A stretch of 64,000 nucleotides of DNA from Eledone cirrhosa (Eukaryota), in the NCBI GenBank assembly GCA_964016885.1, contig OZ024740.1, positions 314,464,001-314,528,000 of the forward strand, written 5' to 3'. The position numbers were made by a program, and so were the translations under genes. The notes beneath the pieces are model-generated. The model did no database searches. It saw nothing but the letters and a program-made list of their open reading frames with translations, and had not been told where the DNA came from. Of the stretch, positions 24,738 to 37,231 are shown piece by piece (the stretch's first letter is position 1; each line of letters opens with the position of its first letter).

Positions 24738-25863
24738 GCATGTATATGTATGTGTGTATGTATATATATGTATATGTATGTGTGTATGTGTGTGTGGGCG
24801 TGTATGTGTGTGTATATATATGTGTGTATGTATGTGTGTGTATATATGTGTATGTATATGTATGTCTCTCTATATATATGTGTATCTTCGTATCTATGTG
24901 GGTATATGTGTATCTATGTGGGTATATGTGTATCTATGTGGGTATATGTGTGTATGTACATGTATGCACATGTATATGTTTATGTGTATATGTGTGCATG
25001 TGTATATATGTACGTGTGCGCACATATATATATGTGAGTGTGTGTGTATATATATATATGTATGTCTATGTATATATATATTTGTACGTGTATATATATA
25101 TATTATTTATTATTATAATATAACTTATGTGTATATATATATATGTGAAGGTGTGTATATGTATATATATATATATATATGTAGATATATGTGTGTATGT
25201 GTGTTTTTGTGTGTGTGTATATATATGTATATATGTGTGTATGTATGTGTTTGTATGTGTGTTTATGGTTGTATGTGTGTGTGGGTATATATATATATGT
25301 ATGTATATATATATATATGTGTATATGTATCTCTATTTATGTATGTATATATGTATATGTATATACCTTTTTCTTTGTATGTCTGAGTTGTGTGAGAGTG
25401 TAGTGGTGTTTGTATGTATATACGCATATATGGATGCGTATGTATTTGTATATATGCGTATATGTAAGTGCGTATGTGTGTGTGAATATATATCTATGTC
25501 TATGTATGAGTATGTATGTGTGTGTATGTATGTGTGTGTGTATGTATGTATGTGTGTATGTGTGTATATATATATGTGTGTATATGTATGTATGTATGTG
25601 TATGTATGTATGTATATGTGTATGTATATGTGTATATATATATATATGTGTATATATATGTATATATATATATGTTTATTATATATGTGTGTGTGTGTAT
25701 GTGTGTGTATATATATCTTTATATATGTGTATGTATATGTATGTGTAGGTGTGTGTGTGTGTGTGACTATATATGTATGTGTGTATGTGTGTATGTATGT
25801 ATGTGTATGTGTGTCTACATGTATGTATATGTGTATATATGTATGTATGTATATATATGTGTG

Positions 25864-25896
<33 letters not shown>

Positions 25897-26375
25897 GTAT
25901 ATGTATCTCTATTTGTATGTGTATATGTGTATATGTATATACCTTTTTCTTTGTATGTCTGAGTTGTGTGAGAGTGTAGTGGTGTTTGTATGTATATACG
26001 GATATATGGATGCGTAAGTATTTGTATATATGCGTATATGTAAGTGCGTATGTGCGTGTGAATATATATCTATGTCTATGTATGAGTATGTATGTGTGTG
26101 TATGTATGTGTGTATGTGTGTATGTATGTATGTATGTCTGTATGTATATGTGTGTATATATATGTATGTATGTGTATGTCTGTATGTATATAAGTATGTA
26201 TGTGTATGTATATGTGCGTGTACGTGTATATATGTGTGTGTATATATGTGTGTGTGTATATATGTGTATATGTGTGTGTATATATATATATATGTATGTG
26301 TGTATATGTGTGTATGTATATATGTATATGTATATATATGTGTGTGTGTGTGTGTTGTATGTGTAGATGTATATA

Positions 26376-26420
<45 letters not shown>
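24660..26420. repeat. Cryptic (TA/TG)n simple-sequence tract with an internal ~580-bp duplication, inside the 3' UTR of element 1
   Basis: The anchor TATACCTTTTTCTTTGTATGTCTGAGTTGTGTGAGAGTGTAGTGG occurs at ~25361 and ~25938. Confidence 0.85.
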
Positions 26421-26421
<1 letters not shown>

Positions 26422-27037
26422 CTTGATATATTTCTTTTTTCTTTTTTCTTTTTCTTTTCTTTTCTTTTTATTTCTAAGTTTATAGATACATCTATAAATA
26501 AGCAGTCTGCCGAAACCGTTGAATACTGACCTCTCCCCCCCCCTCCCACCTAATTTCTGTATCTTGATCTAAATGTGTGTGGCAGTGTTTATGTGCGTGC
26601 ATTAATTAATATCCATGTGCTTATGATAATATTATATCCACATATATATGTGTGTGGGGGTGTGTGTGTGTATGTATGTTCGTAATTATGTGTATGTTTA
26701 TGCATATACGCGCGTGTGTGTGTGAGTGTACGGATATGTGTGAGTATGTGAATATGTGTATACACTTATTTCATATTTATGTGTCTATACGCATTTTATC
26801 TGTGGATTATAAACTTACAGAGACATTAGCCTTGAATTTTTGTATTTGCATACATCTTTTTGGCATGCGTATGCATGTTGAGCATATATCTTTGTATAAA
26901 TATGTGTAAGAAGTTAGTTACATGTATATACACACACCAAACTGCATAAAAATTTTTTGTATTTTCATTGGTCAATTTGAACTCCGTTCCCAAACGGACC
27001 TGAAATTTTGAATTGTTGTTATTATCAATAAATATAT

Positions 27038-27192
27038 TTCATTATTTCTGAAGACGGCATATATGTGTGTTTGGTATGTATATTTAATCTTGATAGTTTG
27101 TATAATTTTGTATAATTTTGTACATAGATCTGTTGAATATGCATGCCAATTCTAACACATATATATCCTAGAAACGATCGTTAAATAATGAA
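27038..27192 (+). ncRNA. Hammerhead ribozyme fold (type I) in the 3' pLTR of element 1, with 116-nt stem II
   Basis: Stem I TTCATTATTT(27038-47)/AAATAATGAA(27183-92); core CTGAAGA(27048-54); GAAAC(27171-75); palindromic stem III AACGATCGTT; GUU triplet, predicted cut after 27182. Confidence 0.75.
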
Positions 27193-27386
27193 CTTTTTTT
27201 GTTTAATATAAGGAACTGTTTCATTGTTTTATTCATTATTTGTTTAATATTTTATCTTGACTCTGTATTCCGTTTATCTTTCACCGAAAGTGATTTTTCA
27301 TTGCATCTCTTCTTTCCATGATATCCGGAATACATTGAGTTCTTCATACGGATTGGACACTACCGTAAACTCTTGGTAGATTTATC

Positions 27387-27442
<56 letters not shown>

Positions 27443-27744
27443 ATACGTGCAGTGCATATATTCTTAACGGAAATTGATCATATAGAATAGCCGTGTTTAA
27501 AATAACAGAGGCTAGGAAATCGCCATTTTCATCCCACCCACTCTACCTGTATCTATCACCTTCCAGTATGCATGCCTGGCGCTGTACGCTAAACACTCGT
27601 ACACATAGCACGTTAAACCAAGTTCCACTCAGCGCAGACACAGGGCGGACGGAGGTTCCGTAAGCAGTTGCGTAGGCAATCCGTCTAGGATAGCTACCAT
27701 TCCTAATAAATTGGTGTCTGGTAGAGAAGTCCCCTAAGTCCAGT

Positions 27745-30700
27745 AAGAAAACTTCCCTAGTGCTGGTGGCACGAATAAAAGCACCCAGTCCATGCTGTAA
27801 AATGGAGGAGTGGGGTAGGGCCCCTGAGTCCAGTATGACAACCTCTCTAGTGCTGGTGGCACGAATAAAAGCAGCCAGTCCATGCTGTAAAGTGGTCCTG
27901 GTTTTAGGAAGGGCATCCAACCAGTATATATTAATGCCAAAACCTGAACACAACAAATGAGAATTGCAACAACTGCGTAAACAGCAATAACACTAATCAT
28001 GTTAGGGCTGCGCACGGTAGTGGGGTGGCTGGTGCGGCCATGTGCGAGAATGCCCCGACCATCATCAAGCACTCACACAACAGGAACAAGAACAAGAATA
28101 TGAAGACGTCGCATCTCAGAGTTGCCACACTTAATGTTGGCACTCTACCAAGTAGATCTGGTTTAGTCTTGCAGAAGAACCTCTCTATCTCACCTCTTGC
28201 ATGCAGCACACATCCACATCCACATGCCTTCTCTCCAGCATTTCCACCATCTAGTTATAAGCTTTTCTGGGTGGGTAATGATGATGGGTTAGGTGGGTAG
28301 GAATTTTACTGGCTGAGAGATGGATCGACAAGATAATAGAGGTAGTTAGAGTTTAAAGAAGAAAAAGACTGCTTTTACGAGCAACGTTTAGAAACAGCCA
28401 CAATGACAGAGGATGGAGACATCGTTATGTTAGCAGGGGACTTCAATGGTCCTGCTGGACAGCTCCAGGATGGAAACACTGTGGTACATGGTGGGCATGG
28501 TTACGGCTCAAGAAATGAAGTAGGAGTGAGGCTTCTTGAATTTTGTGATGCAAGTGCACTAACCAATTGCAACACTAGCTTCAAGAAACCTTCCAGCCAC
28601 CTAATAACCTACATACAAATCAGGCGAGCACATAAACCAGATTGACTTCTTGCTAGTTAGGCAGCGAGACAGACAGACGGTGTCAAATACTAAGGCATAC
28701 CCCGGGGAACAATGTACCCCACAGCATAGGTTAGTCGTTAGTGACATCTCAGTAAACAAGAGACAAAGGGAGACATACAGAGAGTGACCTGGTGGTGGAA
28801 CAGCACGGTAGATAGGGCCATTAGAAACAAAAGACTAGCATGGAACGCTTGGAAAATGGTAGGAATAGAGACGGATACACAGCCGCTAAGAGAGAAGCTA
28901 GATGTCAGGTGTACTTAGCACGCAGGGAGGCTGTGAGTAGGAGGTTTGCCAATGTTCTGCAACGGGAAGATCAGAGACGTGTGGTGTTCGCATTGCAAGG
29001 CAGTGTGTCAGTGCAAATCAGGATGTTGCTGGAGATAAATGTGTCCGGAATGATGCCGGTGTACTTAGTGTCACGAATAATCAGAAAAAGGAGGCCTGGA
29101 AATGTCATTATGAGAGACTGATGAATGTAGAGAACGAATGGGAGAGAGAGAAATTACCCCCAGTAGATCCGACAGAGGGACCAGCTATTGAGATTGACGA
29201 ATATAGGGTCCAAGAAGCAATTAAGGAAATGAAAAATGGTAAGGCCGCTGGGCCGTCAGGGATAGTTGCTGAGATGCTGAAGGCATCAGAAGTAGACACT
29301 AAACTGGTTGCACGCATCATCAATCAAGCTATATATGGCGGTGTCATACCCAAAGACTGGTGCAGCAGTATTCTCGTAAATTGCTACAAAGGTTAAGGGA
29401 ATGCTCTGGAGAGGAGCAATTATAGGGGCATAAATCTGATGGATCAGGTTATGAAAGTGACAGGGAGAATATTAGCGCAACTAATTAGAGAAAGGGTCAA
29501 ATTAGATGAGATACAGTTTGGTTTTGTGCCTGGGAAAAGTACAACAGATGCCCTCTTCTCGGTGAGACAACTACAAGAGAGGTTCTTAAAGAAGAATAAT
29601 CCACTATACTTAGCTTTTGTTGACCTAGAGAAGGCCTTTGATAGGGTACCCCGATCTGTCATCTGGTGGTCCCTAAGGAAACTAGGTGTAGAGGAATGGC
29701 TTGTGAGGACAGTGCAAGCTATGTATAGAGGTGCTGTCAGTAAAGTGAGAGTAGGAATGGAGTTTAGTGAGAAATTCCAGATACAAGTAGTAGATCAGGG
29801 TTCGGTCCTCAGCTCGCTCTTGTTCATTATAGTCCTCCAAGCCATAACAGAGGAGTTTAAGACTGGCTGCCCATGAGAACTTCTCTATGCTTATGATCTG
29901 GTTCTTATAGCAGAATCAGTAGAGGAGCTAGAGAATAAATTCTGGCTATGAAAACAGCAGTTGGAATCAAGAGGACTGAGAGTGAACATAGCTAAGACAA
30001 AAGTGTTGACAAGTAGAAAAGAGGACAAAACTCTGATTCCGTCAGGGAAATGGCCATGTTCAATATGTAGAAAAGGAACTGGCATAAATACTATAAAATG
30101 TACATTATGCAGATCTTGGATACACAAGAGATGTAGTGGGATATCAGGCAAACTAACAGGTAGGGAAAACTATGTATGCAGTAGACGTAAAGGGAAATTT
30201 GACAGTAGTAATCGCAGTGACACATTTTTCAAATGCAGGTGGGTTCTTCAAATGCAGGTGGGTTCTATAGAAGTGGTTGATAGTTTCCGGTACCTAAGTG
30301 ATCAGATTAGCATGGGAGGGGAGTGTTCCGAGGCCATAGTATCTAGAATAAGGACGGTTTGGAAGAAGTTTAGGGAACTGCTTCCTCTGTTGACGAAGAA
30401 GGGTTTCTCCCTGTGTACGAAAGGCCGGTTATATGATGCCTGTGTGAGATGTTGCATGGTAGTGAGACATGGGCAGATACTACACAGGATATGCGACGGC
30501 TGGAGAGAAATGAAGCAAGCATGCTCCGTTGGATGTGCAATGACAATGTGCGTGAATGACCAAGCATAGATGAGTTGAGAGTGAAATTGTGTATAAGAGG
30601 GATAAGTTGTGGTGTGCGGGAAAGAAGACTGAGATGGTATGGATATGCGATTCGCATGGAGGATGACTGTTGGGTAAAGAAGTGTCAAGAAATCCCAGTA

Positions 30701-30860
30701 GAAGAAAGACGCAGTAGAGGAAGACCACGAAAAACATGGGCGGAGGTGGTGAGAGCAGACCTCAGATCGCTGAAGCTCACGGAGGAGATGACGAAGGACC
30801 GTGACAAGTGGAGAGATGCTGTGCTGAATAGGACCCGTCCCACCCTTGCAAGCAGGGGGG
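27745..30860 (+). mobile_element. Degenerate near-full-length RTE-clade LINE (APE, RT, Cys-rich insert)
   Basis: ATLNVGTL, MLAGDFNG, EFCD (APE); KAAGPSG, QFGFVPGKSTTDA, AFVDLEKAFDRVPR, QGSVLS (RT); CSICRK..CTLCRSWIHKRCSG; RRLRWYG, GRPRKTW. Many stops and frameshifts. Confidence 0.92.
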
Positions 30861-30861
30861 T

Positions 30862-31012
30862 TACTCGGATGGTTATTATAAGTTTTAAACCCAAATTCAT
30901 CCTGTTTATTGTCCACTTTTTCCTGGTTATCGAAATAAAAGGCGTACCAACGCAACCTTAATGAACGAATCCATTTTTTGTACAAGAAGTTTTAAATATG
31001 TCTTCCTGCTAT
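30862..31012 (-). mobile_element. N-terminal fragment of another Naiad-type PLE
   Basis: SRKTYLKLLVQKMDSFI/RLRWYAFYFD..DEFGFKTYNNHP aligns with PSRNTYEKLLINSVNSFINRVRWRTFHYD..DSFGFKTFKSPP of the 34772 ORF. Confidence 0.75.
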
Positions 31013-31277
31013 TTATATATGTATATATAATTGTATACACATACACACATATATTTATATGTGTATTTGGTGTATACATTCGTGTTTATGTGTACGTACA
31101 TGTATATGCATGCATGGCGTGTGTTTTCGCGTATGCACGTGCATGTACGTATATAGATGTGTGTATGTATATATTTAGTTCTTATTACTTTTATAACCTC
31201 TGTCATTTTCGTTCAAATAATTTATTTACTTTATTCTTAACTTCGAAGCCGAGAACCATTCGGTTTCCTAAATAGAA

Positions 31278-31660
31278 TATATTTCTTTATTAGCCACAGG
31301 GGCACAAAAGAAGGGGACAAATACAAAGGGGGAAGTTTACATACAATAAAAACGTGTAAAATGTTATCACAGATGGAATTTAAAAGTTAGTCGATTTTCC
31401 CCAATAGAGGGAGACAGTTTATATGGGTAACACAGACCCCCGAAAAAAATGTGCAACCCTCATCTCCAGGAGTACGAAGAGCTTGTACTCCTTTCCTCTC
31501 CTCCTCCTTTTCCTCAACCTACAGGCTGATATAGAGAGAAGGCCCATTCACTCGGGCCATTCTCGCCACTTTCACCCACCTTTCATAAAACTTGCTGGGG
31601 TACAGCACCTCTCTCTCCATCCTGATTCTTCTTCCAAAGTGGTATTTGAAAAAAAGAAAA
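31278..31660 (-). mobile_element. Probable L1/Tx1-like LINE 3' end
   Basis: Minus strand reads FFKYHFGRRIRMEREVL..KFYERW, followed by a UTR ending in AATAAAGAAATA. Confidence 0.4.
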
Positions 31661-31907
31661 TAGAATATTAGTCTAATGACTCCATACCATAATCGTGGTT
31701 TTGTCTTTGCGTGTAATCGTTCTCAACGGTCCACATAACGACGTATTATCTTCGGTTTTTTTTTTTCGTTCATAGCCAGGGAACGTCTTCACGAACCAAA
31801 GTATCGTCTTCCCGTTTTCCTTCGGTTGCAACCTTTTTCGAAATATTTACTTCTGCGTTTACAGATTGATTTTTTTTTTGTTTCAGAAGATCCCATTAAG
31901 GGTGAAT

Positions 31908-32330
<423 letters not shown>

Positions 32331-32357
32331 AAGAATCAAAGAACTGTTCAAAACATT

Positions 32358-32410
32358 ATTGTGCTTACAGCTGTTTCCTCCAAACCGAGGTTTGGATTCT
32401 TCGGAGCAAT
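32358..32410 (-). ncRNA. Minimal hammerhead ribozyme fold (U4C core), inverted pLTR copy
   Basis: Reverse complement of 34474-34526. Confidence 0.65.
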
Positions 32411-34473
32411 TTATTAATGCATGGACAGTTATATGACCTCCTTTTCAGCCGAGAGACATACCAATACATATTCAAACATTGATACATATTCAAACATTGT
32501 GGGTCAACATTCATTACAAAATTTAGAGTGGCAGTACACACTTCGAGATTACATTTATATTAATAGGTACAATCAAAAATCAAAGATATAGGTTAAAGTA
32601 GAACATGAAGATAAGTGGTTATATAGTGCAAATGTTATATGTGTGGCACGCATGTGCGTCTTGTTTATATAGTGTGGCAGAGAGATATGTGTGGTAGAGG
32701 CACTTAGGTAGGTAAATAAGAGTGTTAGGTTGGTAGATCTGGTGGCAAAGTCTTTATATGATTGATGTAGTCTGTGTGTGGAGAAATATTATAAGTATTA
32801 AAGATAGTGCAAGCATTAAAAGTGTTATAAGTGTTATAAGTATTGGAGATGCACAACGCAGGGATGTCAAGTAATTCATGTACTTCGGCATTTTCATGGT
32901 CAAGGGAGTGTATATTTCGATTATATGCCTTTCACATAATCCACGACAATCCAGTTAGAGATCGTAGTCTGGTGTTCTTTAGTTCGATACAGGAGGTTGT
33001 TACGTTTCGAGAGACGCCATTGAATACCGGAAGTGTGTGTGTGGCTAAGGGGAGTTAATGCATGCGGGGAGGTAACTCTGGGGTTTCTATATCTAGCCAT
33101 TAAAATGTGTCCCAATATGGACCCTAAATTCTATGGTGAGGTGCACCTTCCAAGAGAGACTTTTAAAGCATAAAGTGCACTAACTATAGAGTAGTTTAAC
33201 TAAATTATGCTGAAGGTGATCATATTATTATTAAGGTGGATTAACCCATCTTAAGGTGCCACAAATGGAAATTATAGATGATGAGCGAGGATTCTAAATT
33301 AATGATCTCTGTGGTTGTAGTCTGCTCATATGACCAGGCGCGGTGATTGCAGGATTGCTTCAGGACCCAATGATCTCTGGTAAGATCTGGGTCATCGCTT
33401 GCTACATTGGATGTCGAAAGATAATCGTCCCCAGGCAGGCCAAAGGTCAATCCGCAGTCCTCGCGACCCCTCTCTGACCGTCAGATCATCCATATACGTA
33501 CAACCCGCACGGCAGTTGCATTGCATTCACTCACTGCGCTCAGCAGCCCGGTCCTACTGGTCAACAGCGCTACTCGATTAAATCATTTTACATCTGTCTA
33601 AGGAAGGTGTTTCCTCTGCCCAACACCATCCAACCGATCAATTCATGCTCAAATAATAATATGATCACCTTCAGCATAATTTAGTTAAACTACTCTATAG
33701 TTAGTGCACTTTATGCTTTAAAAGTCTCTCTTGGAAGGTGCACCTCACCATAGAATTTAGGGTCCATATTGGGACACATTTTAATGGCTAGATATAGAAA
33801 CCCCAGAGTTACCTCCCCGCATGCATTAACTCCCCTTAGCCACACACACACTTCCGGTATTCAATGGCGTCTCTCGAAGCGTAACAACCTCCTGTATCGA
33901 ACTAAAGAACACCAGACTACGATCTCTAACTGGATTGTCGTGGATTATGTGAAAGGCATATAATCGAAATATACACTCCCTTGACCATGAAAATGCCGAA
34001 GTACATGAATTACTTGACATCCCTGCGTTGTGCATCTCCAATACTTATAACACTTATAACACTTTTAATGCTTGCACTATCTTTAATACTTATAATATTT
34101 CTCCACACACAGACTACATCAATCATATAAAGACTTTGCCACCAGATCTACCAACCTAACACTCTTATTTACCTACCTAAGTGCCTCTACCACACATATC
34201 TCTCTGCCACACTATATAAACAAGACGCACATGCGTGCCACACATATAACATTTGCACTATATAACCACTTATCTTCATGTTCTACTTTAACCTATATCT
34301 TTGATTTTTGATTGTACCTATTAATATAAATGTAATCTCGAAGTGTGTACTGCCACTCTAAATTTTGTAATGAATGTTGACCCACAATGTTTGAATATGT
34401 ATCAATGTTTGAATATGTATTGGTATGTCTCTCGGCTGAAAAGGAGGTCATATAACTGTCCATGCATTAATAA

Positions 34474-34526
34474 ATTGCTCCGAAGAATCCAAACCTCGGT
34501 TTGGAGGAAACAGCTGTAAGCACAAT
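34474..34526 (+). ncRNA. Minimal type I hammerhead ribozyme fold (U4C core), 5' direct pLTR
   Basis: ATTGCT-CCGAAGA-A-TCCAAACCTCGGTTTGGA-G-GAAAC-AGCT-GTA-AGCACAAT; stem II hairpin; palindromic ACAGCTGT stem III. Confidence 0.7.
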
Positions 34527-34771
34527 AATGTTTTGAACAGTTCTTTGATTCTTATATTTCATATAACTGCTCTGTAAATCATCTGATGTTTTTACATTGA
34601 GCTACTTAACTTACTGGTAATAAGGTAGTAATACATTACTGCCTACCACTATTTAGGGTGTGTGTAAAATACTTACAACTGCTTAAGGTTTTGTGTTTGC
34701 ATAACCATAAATAGTATAACTAATACTATTAACTGCTCCATATCGTTGAGCTGACATATAATATTGCCAAT

Positions 34772-37231
34772 ATGCTAATCAAAGACCAACTCCCCATGTC
34801 AACCAAGAACATACCAATACCATCCAGGAATACATATGAGAAATTGCTGATCAACAGTGTAAATTCATTTATCAATAGAGTGAGATGGAGGACATTCCAT
34901 TATGATAGAAACAAATCTAACAACTTGAATAATACTAACAATTTTGACTCCTTCGGCTTTAAAACCTTTAAAAGCCCCCCTCATAACACTCTACTTAACT
35001 CCTTTGAAAATGACCTAGTTAAACTAGTTAAGAACATTAAATACAATAAGCACCATATTAGAAGCAACACCTTCTTAAACAAACTTAACACTTCTATTAG
35101 TGGATTCAAAACTAGTAATAAAATTATTGTACACGCAGATAAAACTAATAACATATACAGCCTAGATTATATTACTTATAGAAAGTTTATATATAATGAA
35201 CTACATAAAAGCTACAAAAAAACCACCTTGAAAAACTTAGAAGATATTAATGTAGAGGGTTATAATATAGTGTCTAAACTAGGACTACAGAGGCATACAC
35301 AACCTTTCACTCCGAACCCCCCTAGATTCTCTCTGAAGGACCATAAGGAGAACTTCATCAGCAACCCCACGATAAGACTTATCTGCCCTTCCAAGTCCGA
35401 CATTGGTATTATCAGCAAGAAGATTTTGGATAAAATCATCCCACAAATTAAACACAAGATACACCTTAAACAATGGGGAAATACGGGTGAAGTAATTGAA
35501 TGGTTTAAGGATATCAAGAATAATAAGAACAAAAAATTTATTCAATTTGATATCAATTCATACTACACCTCTATTTCTCCTATCCTATTAAATAAGGCAC
35601 TTATCATGGCCATGACCAATAGCGACCTGACTAGAGCCCAGGTTGATGTCATCCTTGCGGCCCGTAAAACCATAATCACCTTCGAGGACCAACTATGGAC
35701 ACGCAAGGATACGCACAACAACTTCGACATAACCATGGGATCTAGTGACTCGGCGCAGGTCACTGATTTGGTCGGCCTATACCTCCTCAATGAAATCCAT
35801 AAAGACCTCCCTTACCTCAACGGTGGTTTGTACCGCGATGATGCACTTCTACTCATAGAATATAAAAAATTTAATATAGAAAGAACTAGAAAACAACTGC
35901 ATAAGACATTCAAAAACTTTAACCTTAGTATCACCATGGACAAAAACACTAAAAATGTTAACTTCCTAGACGCCACACTATACCTAGACTCAAAAATATA
36001 TACACCTTTCCATAAGCCTAATGAGAAACTTATTTACGTAGATACCAAGTCTAATCACCCTAGATCAATATTAAACTCTATCTCTAAGGGGGTGTCCAAT
36101 AGAATCTCTAGTCTGTCCTATGACGCAAACATATTTAGCAAAAACTCACAATATTACAATCAAGCATTAGCTAGCTCCGGCCATAATATAGAAATAGAGT
36201 TCCTACCTAAGAAAACACATAGCTACAACATCATCTCGCACAACATGTCCATGAGGAAATCTAATAATAGGAATAGCAACCACAAGTACACCAAAGCGGA
36301 GGGTGCCACCGGAAGTAACCATTACCATGGAAACTACTGTGAGGCCTTAGGAGGAAGCAACACACCAAACACTAAAAGCAAAAATAGAAGAAGAAATAAT
36401 ACATTTTTCAACCCTCCTTTCAACCTAAATGTCTCCACCAACATACCTAGGGCTTTCTTCTCACTACTAGATAAAAACTTCCCTCTAGGACACAAGTACC
36501 ACAACCTCTTAAACAAAAACACCATTAAAATCTCATACTCTACGACGCCTAACTTAGCATACCACATAGCTAGCAGCAATAATAGTAAAATTAGTTCTTA
36601 CTTCCAACAAACAAAATCACAACGGGATGCAAACCCTCTAAATACCACTGTAGCAAGCAACAATAGCAACGGCAGTAACAATAGAAATAACACTAGTATA
36701 AGTAATAACACCAGGGTTGTCAACCTGAACACCCAAAATCCTATATCCACCACACAGACTTCCGCATTGCATTATAACCAGCGGACTAACGCACAGAATA
36801 ATTGTAACTGTAGAGCTAATAGAACCTGCCCCTTAGATAAAAAATGCCTAACCAAGGATGTCATATACTCATGCACAGTCACGACTAATAACTCTTCAGA
36901 AACCTATGTAGGCTCCACTTCTAACTGCTTCAAAATTAGATATAACTCGCACATCCACTCGTTCAAAAAGCACAGCCTAGCCAACTCCACCTCACTTTCT
37001 AGCTACATACACTATCTAAAATCTAAAAATAAACCATACACACTCAAATGGGCAGTGATAGGCAGCGCGACCTCGTACAAACCACCTAATAAATTCTGTA
37101 ACCTCTGTATACTAGAGACACACAATATTATCTTCTCCAACCGTAACCTACTTAACAAAAAATCTGAGGTGTTTGCAACTTGCCAACACCGCCTCAGACA
37201 TTCCTTCCAAAACTTTAAGCCCTATATATAG
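34772..37231 (+). CDS. Penelope-like (Naiad-type) reverse transcriptase / GIY-YIG endonuclease, 819 aa
   Basis: ADKT, IRLICPSKSDIG, QFDINSYY, DITMGSSDSAQVTDLVGL, GGLYRDD, NFLDATL, SNHP, CNCRANRTCPLDKKCL, VIYSCTV..YVGSTSNCFKIRYNSHIHSF, CNLCILE, CQH; uninterrupted. Confidence 0.95.
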   Translation: MLIKDQLPMSTKNIPIPSRNTYEKLLINSVNSFINRVRWRTFHYDRNKSNNLNNTNNFDSFGFKTFKSPPHNTLLNSFENDLVKLVKNIKYNKHHIRSNTFLNKLNTSISGFKTSNKIIVHADKTNNIYSLDYITYRKFIYNELHKSYKKTTLKNLEDINVEGYNIVSKLGLQRHTQPFTPNPPRFSLKDHKENFISNPTIRLICPSKSDIGIISKKILDKIIPQIKHKIHLKQWGNTGEVIEWFKDIKNNKNKKFIQFDINSYYTSISPILLNKALIMAMTNSDLTRAQVDVILAARKTIITFEDQLWTRKDTHNNFDITMGSSDSAQVTDLVGLYLLNEIHKDLPYLNGGLYRDDALLLIEYKKFNIERTRKQLHKTFKNFNLSITMDKNTKNVNFLDATLYLDSKIYTPFHKPNEKLIYVDTKSNHPRSILNSISKGVSNRISSLSYDANIFSKNSQYYNQALASSGHNIEIEFLPKKTHSYNIISHNMSMRKSNNRNSNHKYTKAEGATGSNHYHGNYCEALGGSNTPNTKSKNRRRNNTFFNPPFNLNVSTNIPRAFFSLLDKNFPLGHKYHNLLNKNTIKISYSTTPNLAYHIASSNNSKISSYFQQTKSQRDANPLNTTVASNNSNGSNNRNNTSISNNTRVVNLNTQNPISTTQTSALHYNQRTNAQNNCNCRANRTCPLDKKCLTKDVIYSCTVTTNNSSETYVGSTSNCFKIRYNSHIHSFKKHSLANSTSLSSYIHYLKSKNKPYTLKWAVIGSATSYKPPNKFCNLCILETHNIIFSNRNLLNKKSEVFATCQHRLRHSFQNFKPYI

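Larger units (their letters stand above)
19487..27390 (+). mobile_element. Intact Penelope-like retroelement, Naiad-type (element 1): inverted pLTR, direct pLTR, ORF, long 3' UTR/pLTR
   Basis: 19487-20208 is the reverse complement of ~26529-27255. 20209-20884 is a direct copy of ~26280-27390 lacking 481 bp. The ORF is intact and (TA)n lies on both flanks. Confidence 0.92.

Noticed and set aside
24516-26549. Many long overlapping ORFs rich in Y/I/C/V/M
   Set aside because: These are translations of (TA/TG)n simple sequence, which lacks stops by composition. The same applies to ORFs near 5329, 7223, 15903, 20171, 31789, 40083 and 42752.
26716-27196. The 481-bp segment missing from the 5' pLTR as a spliced intron
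   Set aside because: It can start with GT but has no AG at the 3' boundary.
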